DNA of 64,000 nucleotides, taken from Chrysomallon squamiferum. Taxonomy: Eukaryota > Animalia > Mollusca. A program made the position numbers and the translations under genes. A model generated the notes under the pieces. That model searched no databases and had not been told where the DNA came from. It saw nothing but the letters and a program-made list of their open reading frames with translations. Below, in pieces: positions 1 through 33,814 of this stretch (position 1 is its first letter; every line of letters begins with the position of its first letter). The stretch is taken from contig CM022671.1 of NCBI GenBank assembly GCA_012295275.1, positions 22,196,001 to 22,260,000 on the forward strand, given 5' to 3'.

Positions 1-399
1 TTTAGACTTGAAGAAGTCAGAAAAAAAAGAAGGATTTACTACTGTGTTTAAGTTTTAATATAATTTTGAAAGCCTAATGACTTCAAGTAACTGTGGAACA
101 ATTTATTTACAGAATACACCTAAAGCAGTTAAATCTGAAACTAAAGTTGCTTATCATACTGCAGTTATAATTATTCTAAAACAAGATTTAGTTCAAGTTG
201 AAATCAGTTCTGATCACAGACTTAGATTACAAAATAACTGTCATAGTAATACCAATCATATCTTTAATTTTATCATGCAAATACTGAAAGCACAATTTAT
301 TATACCAAATAATTCTCAGAAAACATCTGTAATCACGTCTAGTGGGGCTTTTTAATCGTAATAATTGTGAATCCTTTGTAACTGTATTTAAAAGCCTAC

Positions 400-524
400 C
401 TTCTGATACAACATCCGTTACATCCTTGCCCTGGATATAAGCAAGATTGCCAAGGATTGAGAAAATGGCAAATCCTGCCAGGATGCAAGTGAAAGCATCA
501 GCTGCTGCCAGTAACAAAACATCT
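400..524 (-). CDS. ine: SLC6 exon 7 ([41 protein letters not shown]; TM7)
   Basis: ttccag|...G|gtaggc; 125 nt. Confidence 0.93.
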
Positions 525-3500
525 CTGGAAGAAAGAAACAAAGAAAAATTAGGACACTGTAAGGACCGGACTATATCTATAAGCAAGAGAGGGAAATAAA
601 GACACGGTCCATGTACATACAATATTAAAATTCTAAACAAAATTACTTGTATTTTTAGATGAAAGTAAATTATTGTTATGGTGCATGATATAATAGTATA
701 TATATATAAAAAAAAAAAAAACCTGAAGATAATATAATCACAACAACAATAATGTTCACTGACAATAAAATAAATTTAAAAAAAAAAAAGAATAATAAAT
801 ATAATTGAAAATATATTTTTTTAAATTATTATTATACATTGCCAGGTAGAAGATAAATGTATTTTCAGTAAAAATAATTAAAATAATCTAGATTTCTACC
901 TGATATCATGTCCAATACAAAATTAAATTATTAAATAAAATCAAAATAATAAAATTAAAATAATAATTTTAAAATATTTAGTTTCATATCTCATTATACA
1001 TTAACTTTTCTTAATTAATATATATATATACAAACAAAAACACACATATAATTCTCTGGAAAATAATTTGAGACAGTATTTTAAAACTAACATTCTGAAT
1101 ATTAAATATCTCATAAATGCAAAAAATAAAATAAAATAAAATAAAATAAAATCAATAAGATAATTAACACAATAAGCATCAAAATAATTCATAAAAGTTT
1201 AACTCAGTTTTAAATTTTAACCAGTGATATAGTAATTTTGATTACTGATATAATGAATCAAATAATTGAAGGTTAAATATGACCTTGTTGGTCTATATAA
1301 TTATGACTATACTGAAATTTGGAATTATATGAAATTAAAACATCCCTCTTTCCATCAACAAACTGAACCAGTCAAAGCCATTTTATTTATCATTGTTATT
1401 GTCCCCTTTTAATAAAGTCTGGATTGTTGAAAAGAAAGTTAATATACACAATATAGATCAATTGGTCAAAGGCAAATGATTTATTGAAACTAATATATCT
1501 AATGAAAATAACAACTTAAATATAATAAAATGATTTAAACAACAATAATAATAACACAAATGAAAAAAAAGTAATTTTAAATTTAAAAGGAAACTATAAT
1601 CAATCAGCATATGCATATAAATATGTATAATTTAAAAATTAAACAAAAACAAAAATAAACAAAAAATATAAATAAAAAAACTAAAAAAACTAACAAAGTA
1701 AAATAAAATTTAAGAAAGATATTAATTAAAAACATAATAACTGAATTATTATATGCTTTTTTAAAAAGAACAAAAAAAAAAAAAAAACACCCCAAAATGT
1801 CTTCTTATCATGTATAGGAAAGAAGCAGTAAGAATGTTTTTTTTTTTTTTTTTTTTTTTTACAGTTAATTAACTTGTACGTCTGTATACGTGTATGTTGT
1901 GCTGTATACCTGAGAATTTTATTATTAAACTTGCTGTAACTGGACATTGTGATGAGACCACCAAAAGCTACTCCCAAAGAATTGAAAGTCTGAGCTGCAG
2001 CATTTACCCAAACCTGGAAAGCAAACATTGAAATTCACTTGCAGACATCTCATGGCTGAAATTGACTGGCCCAGAGTTCTCTGTATGAGGTCATGTGTTT
2101 TAACAAACCCACATGTGGCATTTTTTTTTTAAACTTTAAATAATGTATGTAAATACATTTGCCAAAAACACACACACACACACACACACACGCATTCATA
2201 TATATAATTACACCAAGAAGTGAAATGGCCATGATTCAGAAATATTAGTGCTATTAGAACAAATTATTCCAGTAAAACTCTAATGCAGACAAACTCAAAC
2301 TTGAGTCTTAATATAACAAAACTTCAAGATGTAGTATTTCACAAGTCTAATCAGAACTCTAGAACTATTATTAAAAAATGACATCAAGTGTGCTCATTAT
2401 CTAAAGTTGAAATGATATAAACTGGCATACAAAGCTTTGTAAGTTTCAAAAGTGTGCTGAAATATGGTTAAAAAATCATTAAAACAAAAGTGTTAGTGAA
2501 AAAACATAACAGTGGTTTTTGATTCAGTTAAAATCTAAGATCTGTGCTGTCTTGGAGGCAGAAGTAAAGACTGTTGACCGTCGATTTCATGGGTCTCAGT
2601 TTGCCAGATTTTGAGAAATCTGGAAAAATCACAACTTGAAATCTTACCTCTAGGAACCATTAAGTTATTCTGAGTCCCACTGCACAATCAGGTCAACCCT
2701 CTCTCATCCCATTATCTACCAAGATAAATTTTACAAATGCACCCATAACCATTCTCACATAACAAAATTCATACCCTAGCCTTCATTTTTCTGCTATACT
2801 TTTTTCTTTACATGTACTGTATGATATTTGTTTACATTGTTTTTGTGTCTATTGTTTTATATTATTATATTTCTATTGAATTTTAGGGTTAATGTTTAGT
2901 TTTGTGATTTCCCAGACTTTTTTTTATTTTCTGCATCTATAACCCTCCCTGTGAAATTGTTCATTATTTTGCTATACTACATTATAAAAAATAAAATAAG
3001 AGCAACCTAATTATATATCTATCCAATCTACCAGTGCTCTAAATCTAGATTAGTAGCAGTAAATGCAAGTTAAAGTATTCGTGTAGGTCAAAGTAACTGG
3101 GTTTTTTTTTTCAGTTCATGAGATTGCAGGATAAGCTTTCATATTTCAGTTTTTTAGGAGTATTTGGTTTCATCCTTCTGGTGAATATCAAATAAATTGA
3201 AACAAAGAATACAGACTGGACCATTCATTTCTTATTTCTCAGAACAGTGTGAGCTTTTGTCAAATGTCCCCCAAAAAAAAAAAAAAAAAAAACCTCATAG
3301 CTAAACAGAATATTAATCCTTATCCTTTTACCCAACAAACAGCATCATCACTTCAGAAGCATTTTTAAATAAGAAATACCTGCACAATCTGTAGTAAGTA
3401 ATCGGTTCTCTCAGCTTTCAGCTGTACATAGAGCCAATATAAATCCAACAGAGATATCATAAGCTGTTCTTACAGATCAGATATCTGCACTCTCCATCTA

Positions 3501-6500
3501 TTAATTTAACCTTTAAGTAATCTGAACTATTATTAAATCAAAATGGATGTTATCTGAGTGAATGGTGGTGGTAATGGTATCCCCCAGAAACATTCCTCAG
3601 CATATGACATATTAAACTAAAAATTGTGGAAAAAGTATTTCAGGTAGGAAATGATAAAAATGTGTTTCCATACAAATGGATGCAATCACCAACAGTGAAT
3701 ATCTAATTATAGAGTGAGTGTCAAAATAATTTGAAAAATAAATGCTTCTACATAAAAAAACTAAAATGAAAGAGGTTAGCAAGTTCCTTGCAAATTTCTT
3801 TCCTGAAGCTGTTGGGTTAACAGAGAAAATTAAATTTTAATTAACAGTGGATTCGTTCTGAAACTTCTGCCTTTTTGCTATAATTAGAAATCATTTCTTC
3901 ACATGATCAGTAAAAAATCTGTTGAGTGGAACTTGCAGAGCTAAATTAAATTTCAATTAAGCTGAAATAGATATATCATTATAAATATCTTTAATGCATT
4001 TTTATAAATAAGGAAATACAGAATTTTACAAAATATGTCATAGGAGACTGGAAGATTTCATAAATTAGAGTTTTGCAAAGATTATGGACTTTATAAAATA
4101 TAAGATATATTAAATACAAACTCATGGATTTAATTTTATCAGGAACAACAAAGTAATTACTCCAGAATTAAAACTTTTCACTGAGGATCTGGTTACCTGG
4201 TTTCACTGCTGCACATGGGGAACTGTCTAACATTAGCAGAAACATTTTTGTTTCAGAAAATAACCCATAAATACTAAAAACATTATTTTCAGGTAAATAC
4301 ACGTGCAACAGTACCTCAGCTGACAGAATCAGTGACCAGTTTGGTTTGATAAACCAGAGAATTCCATCAATAGCCCCTGGCAAAGTGACCCCTCGGACAA
4401 GCAGAATGACCAGTACCACATATGGGAATGTGGCTGTGAAATATACCACCTGAAATGTAAATACAAAAATATATATAATAAAATATAATAAAATAAAATA
4501 AAATAAAATAAAATAATTTTTTTTTAAATAATTAAAAAGTGAAATGCTTTATATAAATATTTTAAAAATCAAAATCAATAATAAAATTATTAAAAAAAAT
4601 TCAAAATTGAAATAAATTAAAACAATTTATACACATACATGCAAATTCAAATACAGCCAGATAGATACATGCAGATAAATATGAATACATACAAACACAA
4701 ACACAAAAACATAATGGATAATTATTAACAACCATTTACTTTTCCTGTGGACTTTGGTCCTTTCCAAATACAAAAATAAACAATAATCCAACACAGAAGT
4801 AAAATCAGAGCCAGCTCCCATTTGATATGACCTTGATGTTCTATCCCAGAAGTCTTCCCAAGGACACGCTGACTGTAATAGATAATGCATAAAGATATTT
4901 TAAAAATTCTAATTAAAAAGAAATATAAAAACATAAATGAGATAATCAATTTTAAACAATCAAAAATTAACACAAAAAACATTTCACAACCATATGAGTA
5001 ACAATTTTTTACTAAAATGCAGATATAAAAATTATGAAACTCTGTTTTGATATTAAATATTGTCTAAGCTTGTATTTTAAACTTCAATAGTAATTATCAG
5101 TATCATTTTCTAAGCATAGAAGAAAAGAAAATGGAAAAACACAAGAACAAAAACAAACTCCTAAAAACCTTCCACTAATTATTTGAATTATTTAATTTTT
5201 GTTTTTCAAATATTTATACTTGTTTTAATCATCAGTTTCAAAATCTGGAATATAATAATAAATTTTTATGTAAAATTACAACAAAATTTTTACATATATA
5301 TATATGAAACAGAAAGAAGAAAAACAAATCAAGAAAGTAAACAGATAAAAAAAATATATATATATATTTTTTTTTTTAATTTAGGTGTTAATTTAGAAAC
5401 AATCTTAAATATTCTGATTGATTAAAACTGATTAATGATATAAAGTGTGAATGTTATATCCATGGTTTGTGAATGTTACTGTTGTACATCTGCCTTGTTT
5501 TAACAATATAAACTCCTGGTTGAAGTATTATATTGAAGACAGGATTTACTAATACCAGTTGAAAATACATTCAGTCCATGATTAAGAATCATTATTTAAA
5601 CATGGTGGAAACCAGATATTTTTAAAACTAAACTCTTTTCTTGTTATACTTTCTTATTAATTAAGACTGGACATTAAAAAAAAAAATAAAAAAAATAAAA
5701 AAAATATTTAGACTGGATGGCAAAAAAACAATAATATACATCTTGGAAGTACATAGAAAATATTTATATTTTTTTTCCCTTCATATCATCAGTGGTATAC
5801 TTTAACCAGGATGCCTCTGTGACTCATTTAAAACTGACTCCCCAGACTGACATCTACTAGCAAACACATTTGTGTGTCCATGTCATAAAATATTACTATT
5901 GTCAAAAAAAAATTGTTTTTAAACTATTGTCAGAAAAATAATAATTCATTGTGGCTTAAATCCATTGATACATTAGCATTAAACAATTAAACAATATGTA
6001 TGTCACTCATCCAACAAAAATCATAATAACAAAAATAAATAAAGAAAACAAAAAAGAAGAAACCCTTAAAATAAATCCTGCTCACTTAAATTTCTGTGAA
6101 AAGATCAAATGAACCCCATTAACCACATTTCAATCATCCAAGCTTTCACTTCTTACAAGTAAAAATCTTCAGTTGGAGATCTTGAATAATTCAGACAGGA
6201 AAAAATAGATGCATGTTTTTCCATGGTAATGGATCTATTCTTTATCGTGGATGAATTACTGGTCACATAGGTGATTGCAGATTGCTCAGACATTGTTGAC
6301 ATGTTGGTATGACCTTCACAACAGTATTCAGAACTCCAGTCATGGTCACAAGTTTTCCATGGCAATTCAGACTGAAATGTGTTGAAGAGGTAGAAAAAAG
6401 ACCATGCGATGATGATGATGTAGTAAGTAGTGAAAAGAAAGGAAATGACAACTGTTGCCAAACCAGCTCCTGAAAAAGAAAATTAACTCAATGAATGAGA

Positions 6501-6703
6501 CTAAATATTAACTGAATGAATAAAAGAACAAATATTAATTAATGGGACAGTAACACATTTTAATATCAAAGTCTTTAGATTTAACAAATAAATAAACAAA
6601 TAAATAAATGAATAAATAATAATAATAAAAAAAAATAATAAGAAGAAAAAATAAATAAAAAAAAATTAATTAAAAAAAAAAAAATTCTGAATAAATGAAT
6701 AAA

Positions 6704-6734
<31 letters not shown>

Positions 6735-7889
6735 ACATTTCAAAGATAAAAAAAAATAATTTTAAAGAAATATAAATGAACAAACCTTTGAAGAATGGAC
6801 AAAGTTTAGAAAGAGCACCAACTGGTCCTTGTCGTGTGAACTGACCAACGGCCATCTCCATGTAAGCTAGAGGAATTCCACACAAAACCAACATAATGAA
6901 AAATGGGATGAGAAAAGCACCTGCATAATAATAATATTGTAATAGTAAAAAATAACAACAATAACAAGAAGAATAACTATGATAATTCTATAATAACAAC
7001 AACAATAAATAATAATAATAATAATAATTAATAAATAATTATATAAAAATAAAAATAAAAATATAACGTAAAAAGTTAATTTGTAAGAATATTATGAATC
7101 GGACTCCTTTCAGTTACTTAAATATGCAATTATTTTGTCGCAATTCCAGTTAATTCATTCTTTATATTTTATTTCACCACCAGTCATTTAACACCAAATA
7201 GAAATATATGTAATTTTGCATCAAGGATATTTAATTAGCAGTACACTAAGTGAATCGGATCCTTATAATATTTTATTTATTTATTAGTACAAATAAGTTG
7301 TAAACAGTATAAATAATTTTAGGTGTAGCAGCGACAGTCGTTGTAGAAGCAGAGGTAACAGTTAAAGTACTTGAAATTTGAGGTTTATGAACTGTATTCA
7401 CAGTAACAATAAATGAATAATTGAAAGGCATTGTTTCTGGCAGGGCTTATTAATCAAAATTGATTACTTTCCGTTCATAGGAGTGCTCGTGCTTTAATTA
7501 TCTTTAGTTAGTGAAATTTTCATTAGCACAATTATAATGATGTCACACTTGTTAACTGATCTTTGTTGGTAACTCATGCTTGATGCTAATTATTTATGTT
7601 TTTATTTCAATTTTAAATCATAGAGAAATAAAACGCAGAGAACTGCCCATTTTCAACCGAACGGTAAACCTGCTGTGTCATTGTTTACATCAACGCTACT
7701 AAAAAACATCACGCTCTATCTGACTAAACCGACACGTTCCGGCACATTAGAAATAACGTTGTACAAACCTCCTCCGCTTCTAAAACAAAGGTAAGGGAAT
7801 CGCCAGACATTTCCTAATCCAACAGCATAACCCACAGTTGCTAACAGAAATTCAAATTTTTTTGCCCAGTGTGCTCGTTCGCTTTCCAT
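400..7889 (-). CDS. ine: SLC6 neurotransmitter:sodium symporter, inebriated (ine)-like; 5' part, complement(join 400-524,1910-2013,4315-4449,4740-4872,6157-6469,6786-6920,7769-7889); 3' exons lie outside the window
   Basis: Exons join in frame across GT-AG introns. TM1 [45 protein letters not shown] and GFAIFSILG are SLC6 hallmarks. [19 protein letters not shown] and [14 protein letters not shown] resemble the ine subfamily (from memory, not a search). Exon sizes 133/135/104/125 match the conserved SLC6 structure. Confidence 0.9.
1910..2013 (-). CDS. ine: SLC6 exon 6 ([34 protein letters not shown]; TM6)
   Basis: ttccag|...AG|gtatac; 104 nt. Confidence 0.93.
4315..4449 (-). CDS. ine: SLC6 exon 5 ([45 protein letters not shown])
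   Basis: tttcag|...|gtactg; 135 nt, phase 0-0. Confidence 0.94.
4740..4872 (-). CDS. ine: SLC6 exon 4 ([44 protein letters not shown])
   Basis: tacag|...|gtaaat; 133 nt. Confidence 0.92.
6157..6469 (-). CDS. ine: SLC6 exon 3 (TM3 and extracellular loop 2)
   Basis: tttttcag|GAGCTGGT...TACTT|gtaaga; 313 nt; LPWKTC motif. Confidence 0.92.
6786..6920 (-). CDS. ine: SLC6 exon 2 ([45 protein letters not shown])
   Basis: acceptor tgcag|, donor |gtttgt; 135 nt, phase 1-1. Confidence 0.93.
7769..7889 (-). CDS. ine: SLC6 exon 1 ([40 protein letters not shown])
   Basis: ATG at 7889; in-frame TGA upstream at 7913-7911; donor G|gtttgt; 121 nt. Confidence 0.9.
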
Positions 7890-8544
7890 CGTGTTACTCA
7901 AGTAGACGTATCACTAACCGTTTGAAGATATGAATGAATTGAAGTTTTGCTGAAATTGACGAAGCAAAATTGGAGGTCATAGATCGTAGCTAATCAAACT
8001 AGAGAAATGCCGAATCTGACATCATACACAGAATGACATGCAGTTTCTATTCACATTTTCCCAACATACAAACACACCCGACAACGACAACAAAACGTTA
8101 GCAATGATCAGTTTTAAGCACCTAATATATTGAACTACGTTTTAGTAAATAATAAAATAGCTTACTTTTATATTTTTTGTTGTTATTTTCATCTGCAAAG
8201 TACTCCAGTTTTATGGGTCATATAAAGAAAATGATGTGCATAATTTAAAATTTTATTTATATAATTATCTTATAAAAGTCAACAGTAAACTTGTACAGAA
8301 CATTTGAACACGATGTGCTTTGGTACGAAATGAGTTAGTGAAACGTGACGGGAATTCGGCTAGTTTATTTTAGAAATATGTAAGGGAATGCTAATGAAAA
8401 AAGAAGAAGAAGAAGAAAAAAATAATAAAGAAGATAAAACTCATATAACCTCTGCGTATACAAGAACCAGATTAATCTGGAATTTATTATCGAAATACAT
8501 GGATTATACTGGCGTAATCTTTTGTTGTTGTTGATATAATGTGG

Positions 8545-8579
<35 letters not shown>

Positions 8580-10342
8580 TGTGTTGTTATAATATGGTGT
8601 ACAGTTAAAATATAGTCCTGTAAGATATATTGAAAAGTGTTTAAAAATGTTCCGGTCATTTTAACATGCAGTTATTATTAACAAATAATATTTAATCTTG
8701 ACTTAAAGATAGGAATCCACCGCTTTAAAGACAATAAACTATTAATATATAAAAATGCAATACATATGAAATCAATTGATCTCTCCTCAAACTTCTTCCT
8801 CGTCTAACATTCAAACCCATCAAACAATAGATGAAACAAAACGAAAACAAATCACTACTTAAATACAGATACAATATACTGAATAATAATAATGAAAAAA
8901 GATATTCCATCAATAAGACGAAATATTCTGGCTTTTTAAAATTTCAGATAAGAATCTCAAAATGTAAAATATCTAGATCATTTTAAACCCAGATTTTATC
9001 CGATTGTCATATTTGAGAGATGGATCCAGAATTTTAGAAAATAAATAAGTAAAATAAAATAAATAAAGTAATCAAATAATAATAAATACATTTGTTTTTT
9101 AACTATGCCATCAGTGTGATGGATTTATATTTTCAGGAACATCAGTTTTATAATAATAATAATAAAAAAAGAAAATAGTAAATAATATCCGCCCCTACAT
9201 CCCCCTTTGATAAATTGTATTAGTCATAGTTAAAGCAGGTCTGCAGAGGATTATATTTATGGTATAATATACCATGAAACAGTGATAGTATAAATAATTA
9301 ATTAAATATTCATCCAAACACATTGTAACAGCTGGAATTTTTATTATATAGATAACACATCAGTTCCGTAGTAATACTATAAAAAGATTTTCTAGAAAAC
9401 AGTGTCAATCTACATTAAAGGTATATTCCAGTGGAACTTACATATATAAAAAAATATTCTTAATGTGTATATTTCCTGCAGAGGCTATAACGAAAAAACA
9501 TACATCCATCATTCGACATAAAAAAAAAAAAAAAAAAGGAAATGAATAAATCATTTTAAACATTAATATCAAACGAAAAAGAAATAAAGTTTTTTTTAAG
9601 AAAGTAAATCCTGAAAAACAACGATCATAAATACCCCAAAAACCAAAAACACACGCCACACAAAAAACAACAAACAAATACAAAAACAAATAAACATTTG
9701 TTTTAACTTATTTTTATTACCTTAATAAGTTAATTTGTTTTATTGTTAATTTATTTTACTTTTTTACTTCCGAGTATATACAAGTACGATATAGTTTTAA
9801 CAGAAACCAAATATTCCACTTTGTAAGACGCTCCTCAAGTTTACTGAAGAAACTGGGGTTATCAAGTTTTTTTCTTATAAATATTTATTAGGAAGCTTAA
9901 AAAAAAAAAATAGTAAAATAAAAATTAAAAAAAAAAAAAAAAAAAAGAAAGAAAGAAAGAAGAAAAAGAGTAATATTTGAGTAGAAATATTCTCGAAGAT
10001 TCAGATTTAATGTGTGCTATTTTGTTTTTAGAGATTGCAGTGTAGATGCCTTCTACCAATGCTCGCAAATAAAATTAATCCAAGGGTGTTTAGAGGCTCA
10101 CAAAAATAATACCTAATCGACAGCTACAAATATCCGTGGTTTAGATCCACCGAATATGTTCGTTCAGAGTTAGTTCCCTTCTAGCAGGTGCTCTTTGATA
10201 ATAATTTTAGCCAAAGCAAAACATTTGACGTCACATCCTAAATAAAGTCAGCTGCTGTCAACTTTAACAATGGTATCAACATAAACCCAAACTTAACTGC
10301 ATTTATCTTTCTTTATTTGTTATTTCAAATAGTTTCGATAGA
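7890..10342. promoter_or_regulatory. Divergent (head-to-head) promoter interval between the SLC6 gene and BCAS3
   Basis: Lies between opposed ATGs; CpG dinucleotides are present here but scarce in both flanking gene bodies. TSS positions are unknown. Confidence 0.7.
10226..10233. promoter_or_regulatory. Perfect CRE palindrome (TGACGTCA) about 110 nt upstream of the BCAS3 ATG
   Basis: Exact CREB/ATF consensus in a proximal-promoter position. Confidence 0.55.
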
Positions 10343-30275
<19,933 letters not shown>

Positions 30276-33200
30276 ATGATTTCAAAATAGTGTCTCAATC
30301 CAGTGTTAATTATTTGATTGCTTGTAAAAGATTTATTATTTAAAAAAAAAAAAAAATCTTTTCAGACACATAGACTTATGGTTGAAATTTGAAAAATTCG
30401 TTGAATTTGGAAGGGATGACAGTTAAAGAACTAAGGAATGGTGGTTTTGCAAAGATTTAAAACTTGAGGAAAGTAAAAATTCCATTTTTGTTTTCTCATT
30501 CCAGACACATTTTCCTTTCTGAGTGGAGGGAACAAAAAATCCGAAAATCATTCTGTTCACATGTTGTTTTTCAGCTTCATGTAGAAAAGATCTCAGAAAA
30601 CAACAGAAGAATAAAATAAATCAAATCAAATTAAAAATGAATTTGATTAGCATTTAAATTTCACAAGCACATTGATAATTTAATTAGAATCTATTGTGTG
30701 TCAGAGATTAATGTTTGTGTCCTTTCAAGATTTATTCATACATACATTAATATATATATATATACATATATGAAAGAATGCATGTATTTACATATTGTAT
30801 AAAGGATACAGCAATTAAGATATTCAGTTTATCTTTCTTATTTATCATTCTACACTACCTTCGGAAATAAAAATTATAATCTCTAAAAAACATGACCAAA
30901 GAAATTAGAAAGGAGAATATACATTATTTCATTCATTATCAATTACAGTTATGGGCATTCAGACATTTTTTAAATGAGAAATCTGAATCACGAAATTATT
31001 TAAGATGTTCAATAATTTGCATTTAAACTTTTAGACTTATAGTTTGATCATGGCAGTCATGGATGTGTAATTCAAAATAAATGCATGTGATTATGTTCTT
31101 GGAGATATTAAGGCATTTTTAATATTTCTGCAGATGTTATGAGTATTAAAAACGTTTAGGAGTTCCAATTAATGTGTGCAAATGTTATGGACTTTAAAAT
31201 ATTTAGAAATTCAAAATAATTAACATATTTATGAATTTTACTTCATAAATTTAAAAAAAAGTATTTTGTATTTCCTACATATGCATAAATACAATCACTT
31301 ATTGATTTTAAAAATGAACTTTAAAATAATTTTGCTTGTTACTTGTATAATGAATAATGTAGACATGGACTTGAAGACCTGCTGGCTTAATTACAAATTA
31401 TTATTTTATTAAATATTTTATGCTTGTTTTTAATTATTTGTAACTTTTTAGCTAAATTTTCCTTTTCCTTTTATAATAATAATAATAATAATGAAAAAAG
31501 ACATCAACAATAACAAAGTAAAATGACACCAGCATTATTATTATTATTATAAATTCATTTTATAATTTTAAAATTTGTTTTGTAATAAAGTCTAAGTAAA
31601 AGTTGAAATTTTTGAATATACAATATTTTATAATTTTCATTTCAATAAGAGGATCTGAATTGTTGATATTCCAGAGTTGCTTGATCTCATTTTAATACAT
31701 TTTAACAAGTGAACTTTTATTATTTCAGTTTTGTTTTTTTTATCAGAAAATACTAGGTTTTATTTCAGTTTTGAATCACTTATATTTTTCTGGATGTTAT
31801 TGTTGTTGTTATTAATATTATTGTTCATTAATTTATTTATTAATATAGTTAATTATATGTCTTTAAAATTTTAAAAATTACAAAATCACTATCCCAGTGA
31901 AAAAAGGACTGACATAGTTTTTTTGCTTTTTATTTAGTTACAAATGTTGTTGTGTTTTTTTCATTTCTAAAATTTTCTTTTTAAATATCTTTAATGGAAT
32001 TAATACTATATTTACATAGCCAGTTTTTCTGACACCAGACTAATCTCATTAAAATTGTACCAGTAAAGTGAAGTACCTTTTCTTTTCTAGTTTCCCATTG
32101 TTCAACAAAGATGCGAACCCAAGGTCATTTTACTTGATCACTCTATTTTTTTAAATATTTTTTAAAGAGCTTTGTTCTTCTTGATTGCTTTGCACTGTAT
32201 GCATCGACAAGCATTATCAACATCTAAGACAAAAATTATTAACAGGCATTCTTATGTAGGTGTCTGAAATGTCAACATTGGTTGTTAAATATCAGAGCTA
32301 TGGAATATCATTTATTGATCAGGAATTAAGTTTAGTTAAAAATTTTAAAGATGTTATTTTTATATGATTATTATTAATATTTAAAAAAAAAAAAAAATTA
32401 TATAAAAAACTTGTTCTGGTACAAGATCAATTAAAATATTAAAATATTTTTTAGTTTTTTATTTATGTTAAATAATTTAAATTAAAAAAGATATTTTAAT
32501 TTTCTTTAAAAGATGGAATAAACAGTTAAAAATTTTCTTGTATTATCAGTGTGAATTTCCATTAAAAATAAGCAAATAAATTTTATTATTTGGTAACTCA
32601 TCTAAATGGTTTTAATATCAGGAAGAACAGTAGTTAAAATACTTTCTTTTTGTATTAATTTTAATTTAAAATAATTAAGAAAAAAAAGTAAATAAAAAAT
32701 AAACATAAAATAAAATAAAGTAAAATAATAAATAATAGAAAAAAAAAAAAAGGAATCAAGATAAAATAAAATTGTGCATTTTAACTGAATTACAGGTACA
32801 TTTTGTTACAGATTTTGTTTCTAAAAATTGATTTTATTATTATTTTTTTTAAATATGACTTGCTCTAAAATAAATACAATATTTATTTATCACTATCTTT
32901 AAAAAGCAGAAAATCAGTTACTGAGTTAATATGAAAGAAGTGGTTAAATATGACATTATTAAAATAACGTTATTAGTTTTTAAATCAAATTGTTTTAAAA
33001 TAGACAGAAAATAATTGAAAAATTAAACAAATATTACATTATTGAATATTGTAATTTATAAATTTTAAACCTGTGATTATTATATTATATATAGTAACAT
33101 ATTTTAAAATAATATTATTTAATAATGGTTGTTTTAAACAAATGAAAAATTATCCATAACTTTTTAAATAAAATCATGAACTTATTTGTGTTTGCAAAGA

Positions 33201-33782
33201 AGCTTGTAAAATGGGTTTAACTCACATAAACATAAAATTGTACATAATGATGATGAATTAACAAAATTAATAGCTAATCATGATGTAGTCATACCAGTTT
33301 TTGTAAATTATGTTAAAACTGTACCTGTAAATTCAAGAATTCCAAAGATACTAAAAAAGATGTGTAATTTAAAAAAAAAAAAAAAAAAAAATTATTTTAT
33401 TAAGCTTTGGTGTTGTGTTGGTGCTAATTTTTTATTGCTGTTATTTCATAATTTTTAATATTTATTTTTGTTTTCAAACTGGTGAATTCACTGTCTCGGT
33501 ATGAATGAAAATGCATGGCTGGAACTGATGATGGTGTAATCAGACTAGCCAAGTTTATCATCATAAAATTTTAATATTGTATGTCGTTAAATAATAGTCT
33601 AACGATATCTCTTTCTTTTATTTCCAAGTAACTGTTTTGTTTATGTAATACTGACCAATCTGTGGGAACATTCACATACAACAGTAAAATAAACATATGA
33701 GGCTTTATTCCTGCATCTCAGTTTGTACACAGAACTGTAAAAAAGTCCCTAAAGACTAAGATTAAAGCTACTTTCCATTTTT

Positions 33783-33814
<32 letters not shown>

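Noticed and set aside
2640-2720. Cryptic minus-strand exon in SLC6 intron 5 (donor GAG|gtaaga)
   Set aside because: The nearest pyrimidine-tract acceptor gives an early stop; no further support
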